A DNA stretch of 25,615 nucleotides from Octopus sinensis (lineage: Eukaryota): NCBI RefSeq assembly GCF_006345805.1, contig NW_021836041.1, positions 1 through 25,615 on the forward strand. Direction: 5' to 3'. The notes under the pieces are model-generated. The model saw nothing but the letters and a program-made list of their open reading frames with translations. It ran no database searches and was not told the DNA's origin. Shown here one piece after another: positions 9,449 to 18,220 of the stretch. The stretch's first letter is position 1. Every line of letters starts with the position of its first letter. Position numbers and translations under genes: made by a program.

Positions 9449-12115
9449 GTTAGTAAAATATATATTAACCCTTTAGTATTTAAACCAGCCATATCCGGCC
9501 AAAATAGCTAATCTGTTTTATGTTCAAACTGACCAGATCCAGGCCCTCACACCTACCCTACAATGTTTTTCTACATTAAGTAATTACACCATCAAGATCT
9601 TGAAGATATGAGATAATGCATGATTAATTCAAATCAATGGGAATCAATAGGCATTATGTTTGATAGAATAATCTGAACATTAAAGGGTTAAAGACCAAAT
9701 CTGTTCCATAAACATCATCAACTTATAATAATTCTGCTTGTCCGTGTGTTACTTGACGGATAGAAAGCCAGGTAGACAGACAGGTAGGTAATTGGAGGTG
9801 ATTTCACTTTCTGTAGCTGTAGGTACCACAGCAGTGTGCCCACCACGTTTGGGACAGTGTTGTTAATACACACACAGATATCTATTTCTTTACTACCCAC
9901 AAGGGGCTAAACACAGAGGGGACGAACAAGGACAGACAAACGAATTAAGTCGATTATATCAACCCCAGTGCGTGACTGGTACTTATTTAATCGACCCCGG
10001 AAGGATGAAAGGCAAAGTCGACCGTGGCGGAATTTGAACTCCGAACGTAGCGGCAGATGAAATACTGCTAAGCATTTCGCCCGGCATGCTAATGTTTCTG
10101 CCAGCTCGCTGCCTCTCTACACACACAGATATCCTGGATCACAACCAGAGAAGGATGACACTCGACTGGCACCCCGTCATTAAAAAGGACACAAACACAC
10201 AAATACACACATATGAGACAAGCTTTTGTTCTGACTCTACTAATCAACTACTCATTAATTTCATTTATTTAATTTTCCAGCTGCACATTGTTTCGTATGA
10301 TGTGAAAAAATATGACACCGTTCAGAAAGCCGCCTCACAACCCATGGGTTTGGCTGTACTCGGAGTCCTGTTCAAGGTAACAAAGATTTTATTTCTCCCA
10401 CACCTGTTCTTGTTTTTCAGTTTACTCCTTCATCTCTTCGAATATCTTACATTACTGCATCTCTAATCTAAGAAGTTTTATGGAACTTCTTTCCATAAAT
10501 TCACAACACATCATATACAAGAATTACTTTCATATCTTCACAAATGTATGCCTTTAAACTAGCAGCCAAATATGAAGAATCAACATTCAACCTTTTTACA
10601 CCTATACACACACACACACATACACACATATATATATATATATATACATACACAAACACAGTCACATATCTACATATGTATATTCTCATCCAAAATGGTG
10701 ATGAATGCCAAAGTTCCCATGTGATACACTTGAACAATTGTAACAATCTCACTTCACATGAAACCAATGGTAGCCTTGTTAACCCACAAACAATGAAAAG
10801 CTATCCATGAATGCAGTGCTGGATGGTCATTTTCATTTCTCAACATAAGCACATGTGTATGTACACATGTGTGTGTCTGTGTGTGTGTGTGTGTGTGTGT
10901 GGCAGGCTTCTTCCAGTTTCTATCAAGCAAATCTATTCACAAGGCATTGGTCAGCTCTATAGAAGTGCTGTGCAGAGAGATCGAAGCCAAAACTGCTTGG
11001 GTGGGAGCCAAACTTCTTCAGCGTACAACCATGCCTGCACCTTATATGTAAGACATACCGATGATGATGATGGTGATGGTGGTGATGATAACGATGATGA
11101 TGATGACGGTGATGCTGAAACTAAGAATAAATAGAAAGTGAGGCTCTCGTTATATTCAATAGCAGTCACTAATGAACTGCAGCTGAAAAGAACGACTTAT
11201 AAAACCCCCAAAGAAATTTAATTGACCTAACGAGATCGTTGACATGCAACACATCTTAAATGAAATTTCTTGCATTTTTTTTTCCCTTCTTTCTGATGGA
11301 AAGAACTTTTAGTTTTAGTTTCTCTTTTAACATTTTGTTGTTGTTGTTGTTGTTATCGTTGTTGTTGTTGTTGTTTCTTAACTTTACTTCATCTCCTTGA
11401 CTATGTTTTCTTCCTTTTCAAACCTTTGTTTGCTTGTTGTTGTTGTTGTTGTTGTTGCTGTTGTTATTTTGGTTGCCTTTGTTTCCTTTTTTTTCCCCAA
11501 CTTTTTACTCCTCCTCCTCCTCCTCCTCTCCACCTCCCCCACATTTCATCCCCCACTTAGTCCAAACACCTTCTTCCTCCTCTTCTTCGCCTTATTCCAC
11601 CTCAACCTCCATTTCATGAATGAAAAAGTTTTCTTTCTCTTTCCCAAAGTTACAGAATTGAAAGAGAAAAAATGCAATAAAGTAACTTTTTTTCTAGTGA
11701 TGACAATGAATGACGATGATGACGATGATGACGATGACAATAACGATGATGATGATGACAATGATAACGATAATGATGATCATGAAGACAATGATGATGA
11801 TGATGATAATAACGATGATAATGATGATGATGACGATGATGATGAGGATGATGATGATGACGATAACGATGATGATGATGACAATAATGATGATCATGAA
11901 GACAATGATGATGATGATGATGATGATGATGATAATAATGATGATGATGATGACGATGATGAGGACGATGATGATGATGATGATTGATTACAATGGTGGT
12001 AGTGATGATAGTGTAGATGATGTTGTTGTTGGTGGTGGTTGTGATGATGATGATGGTGGTGGTAGCAGCAATGCAAGTAATGGTGATGTTAGTAGAAACA
12101 ACATTAAAATCATGG

Positions 12116-12152
<37 letters not shown>

Positions 12153-15100
12153 AAGAGAGAAAGGGGGAGGGAGCAGAAGTGATGACAGTGGCGGGGGGTG
12201 GCGGTGGTGGTTGTTGGTATAAAAATGTGTGGTCGGTCATGTTGAAAATATCAAAACATTTTTTTTTTGTTTTTCTCTCTTGTGTCTTTTGTAATTTAAA
12301 AATTTTAAGATCATATAAAAAAACCCAAAAAACATCTTTGATATAATAAAAAAAAAAAAATAATACAAAAAATGACCTTAAAAAAAAAGTTATCAATAAA
12401 TATATAATAAGTAAAAGTAAGAAAAAGTTTTGCAAACTGTAAATATGTCTTGAAAGATTTTGAAGATCAACAGAGTCTTTCATCTCTCTCTCTCCTCTGG
12501 GGTCATTAACAAAGGTTAGACCGAAAACATCCCTCCCCCAAAATCTGTGGTTTTTTGTTAAATTAAGAACTCATCAACAGAATTGATAGAGAAGTGAATA
12601 AAATGACTTATGTTGTTCACTTGGAGTGCTTTAATTTCTGGGTTCAAATTACAGTGAGGTCAGCTTTCACTTTCCTGCTCCTTGGTTTGATAGAATTTAT
12701 GTACCTATTTCTTTATTGCCCACAAGGGGCTAAACACAGAGGGGACAAACAAGGACAGACATAGGTATTAAGTCGATAACATCGACCACAGTGCGTAACT
12801 GGTACTTAATTTATCGACCCCGAAAGGATGAAAGGCAAAGTCGACCTCGGCGGAATTTGAACTCACAACGTAATGGCAGATGAAATACCTATTTCTTTAT
12901 TACCCACAAGGGGCTAAACATAGAGGGGACAAACAAGGGCAGACATAGGCATTAAGTCGATTACATCGACCCCAGTGCGTTACTGGTACTTAATTTATCG
13001 ACCCCGAAAGGATGAAAGGCAAAGTCGACCTCGGCAGAATTTGAACTCACAACATAACGCAGACGAAATACCGCTAAGCATTTTGCCCGGCGTGCTAACG
13101 TTTCTACCAACTCACCGCCTTACTAGAATTTATGTACCAAGAAAATAATGGGACTCATCTAAATCTTTCGCTTCTAAACTGGCGGATTCCAGCCAAAATA
13201 TTCCATATGTCTAGGGAGGGTCATTATGCCAGTATAATACACACACACACACTGGTTCAAATTCATTCCTGAAACTGGTCAGGTCCAGCCTCTCACACAT
13301 ACCAATCAATGTCATTCTAAAAATAATCAATCACATCATCAAAATCTTGAAGCTATGGGATAATTGCATGGCTAATTAAAAACAATATGAATAAATGAAC
13401 ATTAAATTTGACAAAATAATCTGAACACTAAAGAATTAAAGGATTAATTAATCTCTTCAGAGATTATGGAGAGGAAACTTAGGGCAAACTTTGGACTGTA
13501 ACAGATCTAAATAAATGGTTAAGCATCGTGGCCATATGTACATTAATACCAGACTTTGTGTGTTTGTGTTATTGTTTTCTCGTCTTGGCACCGTGCGGTA
13601 GTTGTAAGCAAGTGTCACCAACATACAAGTGGTGTCCTTTCTTTACAATAATCTATGAAAACATGTCTGGTCACGGGAAGTTGTCACTCAACATGGAAAC
13701 AGGTGGCGGGTTGGTGACAGGAAGAGCACCTGGTCACTGCGAATTCACTTTGAGCAAATTCCATCCAACCCATGCAAGCATGGAAACATGGAAGTAAAAA
13801 TGATGATGATGATGATGATGATGATATACCTTTGGATTCAATTCTTTATTTTTCCATTTCGTTTTTTTAGGAGTCAGATATTGATAATCCTGCGCTGAAC
13901 CTGATTGTTGACAACCTTGAAGCCATGCAGCAACCTGGTGAGTGGATGAAGTGTTTAACCCTTTAGCATTTAAACCGGCCATATCCGGCCAAAAGTATTC
14001 TGCCTGTTTTACGTTCAAACTGACCAGATCCAGGCTCTCACACCTACCCTACAATGTTATTCTACATTAAGTAATTGCACCATCAAGATCTTGAAGATAT
14101 GAGATAATGCATGATTAATTCAAATCAATGTGAATCAATAAGCATTATGTTTGATAGAATAATCTGAACACTAAAGGGTTAAACAAATCCTTTTTTTCTC
14201 TTACAGCAAACATCATTGTCTAGGTGTAAGTGAGAATGTATCTGTGCGTCTATTTGAAAGAATCTACATCTCTATGTGTGTGCGTGTGTGTGTGTGTATT
14301 TATGTAAAATGGATCCCTTATCCAAAGAGAATGTACATAATTTGTTATTTAACCACAGGACATCCAAAAGTAAATCTGGAGGCGAAATCGCTGAGGATGT
14401 TTCTACCACAAGACATTTCAAGATATTATCGATACAATGGTTCCTTGACGACCCCTGCATGCTACGAATCAGTAATTTGGACAATATTTGAGGAATACAA
14501 CTTTATATCGAAGAAACAAGTAAGTTTTATTCAGTTCATTTTCTTACTTTTAAACATTAAGAATTGCAAATGGATGATTCCGACACATACACTATTACTC
14601 TTTTACTCTTTTACTTGTTTCAGTCATTTGACTGCGGCCATGCTGGAGCACCGCATTTTAGTCGAGCAAATCGACCCCCAGGACTTATTCTTTGTAAGCC
14701 TAGTACTTATTCGATCGGTCTCTTTTGCCGAACCGCTAAGTTACGGGGACGTAAACACACCAGCATTGGTTGTCAAGGGATGTTGGGGGAACAAACACAG
14801 ACACACACACACACATATATACATATGCTCTTTTACTCTTTTACTTGTTTCAGTCATTTGACTGTGGCCATGCTGGAGCATCGCCTATAGTCGAGCAACT
14901 CGACCCCGGGACTTATTCTTTTGTAAGTCTAGTACTTATTCAATCGGTCTCTTTTGCCGAACCGCTAAGTTACAGGGACATAAACACAACAGCATCAGTT
15001 GTCAAGCAATGCTAGGGGGCCAAACACAGACACATACATATATATACATATATACAACAGGCTTCTTTCAGTTTCCGTCTACCAAATCCACTCACAAGGC

Positions 15101-16317
15101 TTTGGTCGGCCCGAGGCTATAGAAGAAGACACTTGCCCAAGGTTCCATGCAGTGGGACTGAACCCAGAACTATGTGGTTGGTAAGCAAGCTACTTACCAC
15201 AGAGCGACTCCTGTGCCTATATATATATATTATTAATTGAAGTGTACAGCATTATATATCCATTATGACTGATCTTACCTGTCAGTTTCACACTGGAAGT
15301 TCAAAGGAGTGTTAGATAACAGTCTGATTGCCTGCTCTGAAGAGCGCAGGGTTACATAATCAGACTGTTACCTACCACTCCATTGAACCCCTAGTGCAAT
15401 AGTTCATGAACTATTCTATAGATATTTAGGCGTGGGAGTGGCTGTGTGGTAAGTAGCTTGCTGACCAACCACATGGTTCTGGGTTCAGTCCCACTGTGTG
15501 GCATCTTGGGCAAGTGTCTTCTGCTATAGCCCCGGGCTGACCAATGCTTTGTGAGTGGATTTGGTAGACGGAAACTGAAAGAAGCCTGTCATATATATGT
15601 ATATATATATATATGTGTATGTGTGTGTATATGTTTGTGAGTCTGTGTTTGTCCCCCTAGCATTGCTTGACAACTGATGCTGGTGTGTTTACGTCCCCAT
15701 CACTTAGTGGTTCAGCAAAAGAGACCGATAGAATAAGTACTGGGCTTACAAAGAATAAGTCCCGGGGTCGATTTGCTCGACTAAAAGCGGTGCTCCGGCA
15801 TGGCCGCAGTCAAATGACTGAAACAAGTAAAAGAGTAAAGAGTAAAGAGTATATTGATTGGATGTATATACCTGACCGAAATATGAAAAAATAAGTGGAA
15901 AACCTTTTACTTCCTTTGCAAAAATTTTGCTTATTTTAATTTTCGTTTCTCTTGAAGATGCAGAAAATACGTGACCTGTTTTATGTCTACGATGCTGCAG
16001 AGGAACAGGAAAGATTAAACAGAGCAAAGAATAACGGCACTGAATCAACTACAGAAACCCCAAGTGCTACTCTTGCAGGAGAGGGTAACACAACAGACAT
16101 TAATGATTTGTTTCGGAAATACAGATTCGAAATGGTGAACAACTTCAGACCAGTTCAAGATCTAAATGACCGTACTGTCCTACGCAGCTTTAAAGAGCTC
16201 AGAAAACAATCACCAATAAAAACTAATCCGGGAAATAGTACAACCAGTATCAATGCTCTAGTTCACCCTTGGGTTACATTCTTTCTGTTATTCCTCTATC
16301 TGTGGGCCTTGGTGTGA
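9303..16317 (+). CDS. Alpha-carbonic anhydrase, extracellular/GPI-anchored (CA4-like) type; 5'-partial spliced CDS join(9303-9448,10281-10376,13871-13937,14359-14519,15958-16317)
   Basis: Five exons (146+96+67+161+360 nt) join in frame through GT-AG introns; boundary phases are 1 (entry), 0, 0, 1, 0. Motifs in correct order: HLHWG, GTEH, E-LH, GLAVLG, YRYNGSLTTPAC-ESV-W, MVNNFRPVQ-LN-R-V--SF, then a hydrophobic C-terminus. Family assignment is from recalled alpha-CA motifs; no database search was run. Confidence 0.96.
9469..9687. mobile_element. piggyBac-like MITE (219 bp, TTAA TSD)
   Basis: TTAA|CCCTTTAG...TAAAGGG|TTAA (TSDs at 9465-68 and 9688-91). TTAA plus CCC termini is the piggyBac signature. 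Confidence 0.85.
9881..10114 (-). mobile_element. tRNA-derived SINE family B
   Basis: The reverse complement has an A-box-like GGCAGAAACATTAGC, a B-box GTTCAAATTCC and a central GCCTTTCATCCTTCCGGGGTCGAT block. Matches 12706-13121 and 23613-23845. Confidence 0.9.
10281..10376 (+). CDS. Carbonic anhydrase exon: LHIVSYDVKKYDTVQKAASQPMGLAVLGVLFK
   Basis: Acceptor aattttccAG, donor GTaaca, 96 nt, phase 0/0. Contains the His119 equivalent (10284-86) and GLAVLG. Confidence 0.96.
10895..11040 (-). mobile_element. SINE family A, degenerate 5' half
   Basis: GGCAGGCTTCTT-CCAGTTTC..ATTCACAAGGCATTGGTC..CTATAG..ACCATGCCTGCACC. Confidence 0.65.
11330..12150. repeat. Low-complexity block: (GTT)n, (CTC)n, (GAT/GAC/AAT)92, (GGT/GTT)n, (GA)n
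   Basis: Read directly; accounts for the poly-D, poly-M, poly-H and poly-I ORFs. Confidence 0.93.
12706..13121 (-). mobile_element. Head-to-tail dimer of SINE family B with a single 15-bp TSD
   Basis: Units 12706-12889 (head-truncated) and 12890-13121 (complete); TAGAATTTATGTACC at 12691-12705 and 13124-13138. Confidence 0.92.
13186..13440. mobile_element. Older, interrupted copy of the piggyBac-like MITE family
   Basis: CAGCCAAAATATT..AAACTGGTCAGGTCCAGCCTCTCACAC..ATAATCTGAACACTAAAG. Confidence 0.7.
13560..13824 (+). mobile_element. Retroposon 3' part with family C-type end and (GAT)n tail
   Basis: GGGTTGGTGACAGGAAGAGCA..CCAACCCATGCAAGCATGGAAA..(GAT)8. Confidence 0.65.
13871..13937 (+). 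CDS. Carbonic anhydrase exon: ESDIDNPALNLIVDNLEAMQQP(G)
   Basis: Acceptor gtttttttAG, donor GTgagt, 67 nt, phase 0/1, which is exactly what the neighbouring exons require. NPAL-LIVD-L matches the alpha-CA helix. Too short to appear in the ORF track. Confidence 0.92.
13959..14178. mobile_element. piggyBac-like MITE (220 bp, TTAA TSD)
   Basis: TTAA at 13955-58 and 14179-82; about 93% identical (hand alignment) to 9469-9687 and in the same orientation. Confidence 0.87.
14359..14519 (+). CDS. Carbonic anhydrase exon: (G)HPKVNLEAKSLRMFLPQDISRYYRYNGSLTTPACYESVIWTIFEEYNFISKKQ
   Basis: Acceptor aaccacAG, donor GTaagt, 161 nt. Contains GSLTTP with Thr199, the Cys203 equivalent typical of extracellular CAs, and Trp209. 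Confidence 0.97.
14595..15218 (-). mobile_element. SINE family A tandem: 3' half (14595-~14825) plus full copy (~14828-15218)
   Basis: Two (CTCTTTTA)n tails, at ~14595 and ~14828, each followed by the same body; only one head, ending at 15218. Confidence 0.9.
15429..15851 (+). mobile_element. SINE family A, full-length
   Basis: GGCGTGGGAGTGGCTGTGTGG head through to an (AAAGAGT)n tail. Confidence 0.92.
15958..16317 (+). CDS. Carbonic anhydrase terminal exon (119 aa + TGA) with loop insertion, NFRP motif and GPI-type tail
   Basis: Pyrimidine tract followed by gaAG (15956-57). MQKIRDL aligns after KKQ as in CA II QVLKFRKL; MVNNFRPVQDLNDRTVLRSF follows; the exon ends WVTFFLLFLYLWALV-stop. Confidence 0.94.
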   Translation: MQKIRDLFYVYDAAEEQERLNRAKNNGTESTTETPSATLAGEGNTTDINDLFRKYRFEMVNNFRPVQDLNDRTVLRSFKELRKQSPIKTNPGNSTTSINALVHPWVTFFLLFLYLWALV

Positions 16318-16352
16318 ATTCAAAGAAGATGGAAGAAGAATCAGTGAAGATA

Positions 16353-16358
16353 AATAAA
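16353..16358 (+). promoter_or_regulatory. Candidate polyadenylation signal of the CA gene
   Basis: AATAAA about 35 nt after the stop codon, followed by GT/T-rich sequence. The hexamer is common in AT-rich DNA. Confidence 0.35.
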
Positions 16359-16479
16359 CAAATGTGGGTTTCGTTGTTTACTGCTGAATTCGGAAAAAAC
16401 TTAGGAAGAATTAAGATGTTTCTTTTTAACTAAAAAAAAAAAAAATTTCTCACTAACAAACTGCCCTCACGTCTCTTCT

Positions 16480-16770
16480 TTCACTAACATATATTACATA
16501 TATATATGTGTATATAAATTTATACCTACACACATACATACATACATATATATATGTATACACATATGTATGTATGTGTGTGTGTGTGAGTATGTATAAA
16601 TTTATATATATGTAAATATGTATATATTGCATATGTAAATATATATAATATATGCATATGTAAATATTATATATATATGTATATATGTAAATATATATAT
16701 ATGCATATGTAATATATATATATATGCATATGTAAATATATATATATATATATATGCATATATGTATATA

Positions 16771-16826
<56 letters not shown>

Positions 16827-17041
16827 TATATAGATATATATATATATATATGTTATATATATATATATATATATACATATATATTTATATATGCATATAG
16901 AAATATATACATATATATATGTGCATATGTAAAGATGTATATATATATATGTGCATATGTGAAAATATATATATATATGCATATGTATATGTAAATATAC
17001 ATATGTATGCACATAATTACGCATATGTATAGTTATGTAAG

Positions 17042-17082
<41 letters not shown>

Positions 17083-17140
17083 CTCACTATATATAATCAT
17101 GTGTGTATGTATGTCTATATGTGTGTGTGTGTGTGTACAT
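16480..17140. repeat. (TA)/(TG) array with a recurring GCATATGT(A/G)AA motif
   Basis: Read directly; lies 3' of the CA stop codon. Confidence 0.9.
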
Positions 17141-17266
17141 AGTCACACACACAACCACAAATACCGATTAATACGTAAGTGGATGTTGGCACGTATGTGT
17201 ATGATACATCATGTGCAATGATTTCAAAAGGCAATTTTATAAAACTATATCTTCAAATAATAACAA

Positions 17267-17299
<33 letters not shown>

Positions 17300-17594
17300 T
17301 AATAATAAATAATAATTAATAACATTACAAGACATAGGTATTAAAAGAAGGACCAGCTGGGGACATTCAATAAGAATGAAATAGAATGTCTACATGAATA
17401 TTTTAAGCTGAAAAAATTAACATGATAATACTGAGACCGGTTTTTATAAGGAAATAAACATGAAGTAGTGGAAGACATTGGTGGAGCAGGCATGGTTGTT
17501 TGGCTATGAAGATTGCTGGTCAATCACATGCTTCCAAGTTCAGTCCCAAGCAACTTGACATTTATTATAGCCCTGGACTGACTGAGACCTTTAA

Positions 17595-17806
17595 CCCTTT
17601 AGTGTTCAGATTATTCTCTCAAATGTGATGTTTGTTTAACTATATTGTTTTGAATTAATCATGCATTATCTTGTAGTTTAGAGATTTCAGTGATGTGGTT
17701 TTTTTAGTTTTAGAATGACATGGTAGGGCTGAGGTGAGAGGTGAGATCTGGTCAGTTTCAATATAAAACAGGTTAAATATTTTGGCCAGATATGGCCGGT
17801 TTGAAT
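17595..17806. mobile_element. Diverged piggyBac-like MITE copy, opposite orientation, one end lost
   Basis: TTAA|CCCTTTAGTGTTCAGATTATTCT..GATCTGGTCAGTTT..TTTTGGCCAGATATGGCCGGTTT is the reverse complement of the family. Confidence 0.78.
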
Positions 17807-17822
17807 AAGAGAGAATCTAGAC

Positions 17823-18024
17823 CAGTGGTTTTCAACCAGGGTTCCGCCAGTACAGTCCAGGGGTTCCGCAAGAAGTTACAAAACTGCTAAAATCGGCAGT
17901 AATTTTTAATTCTCCTGTGCAGATGTGTGTGCATAAGACTATTAAATTATTGCACAGGGGTTCCTCGAGCCAGTGGAATGTTTCCTTGGGGGTTCCGCTT
18001 CAGCAAAAAGTTTGAAAAGCACTG
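17823..18024. mobile_element. hAT (Charlie-like) MITE, 202 bp
   Basis: TIRs CAGTGGTTTTCAA / TTGAAAAGCACTG; 8-bp TSD ATCTAGAC / ATCTAGAT (NTCTAGAN is the Charlie-type target); four internal GGGTTCC repeats. Confidence 0.9.
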
Positions 18025-18084
18025 ATCTAGATGATAGGAACTGTGTGCAAGCCAATCACATGTGTGTGTGTGTGTGTGGGTGTG

Positions 18085-18220
18085 TGTGAGGCTTCTTTCT
18101 CTTTGCACGGACCAAATCCACCCACAAGGCCTGGATCAATCTGGGGCTTCAGTAGAAGACACTTGCACAAGGTGCCATACAGTGAGATTGAACCTGGAAC
18201 CACTTGGTTGGGAAGTAAAT
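18085..18220 (-). mobile_element. SINE family A, 5' half
   Basis: CCAAATCCAC-CACAAGGC..AGTAGAAGACACTTGC-CAAGGTGCCA..GAACCTGGAACCAC-TGGTTGG. Confidence 0.75.

Noticed and set aside
11397-12483. Poly-D, poly-M, poly-H and poly-I ORFs as an independent acidic matrix protein gene
   Set aside because: All frames are open because of trinucleotide repeats; the region lies inside a CA intron and the splice phase is incompatible (kept only as a low-interest finding).
16207-16218. QSPI in the C-terminal stalk, suggesting the start of a second CA domain
   Set aside because: Followed directly by the GPI-type tail and stop; a four-residue match is expected by chance.
16432-16444. A13 run after the CA stop as a poly(A) tail of a processed copy
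   Set aside because: The gene retains its introns; this is a genomic A-tract.
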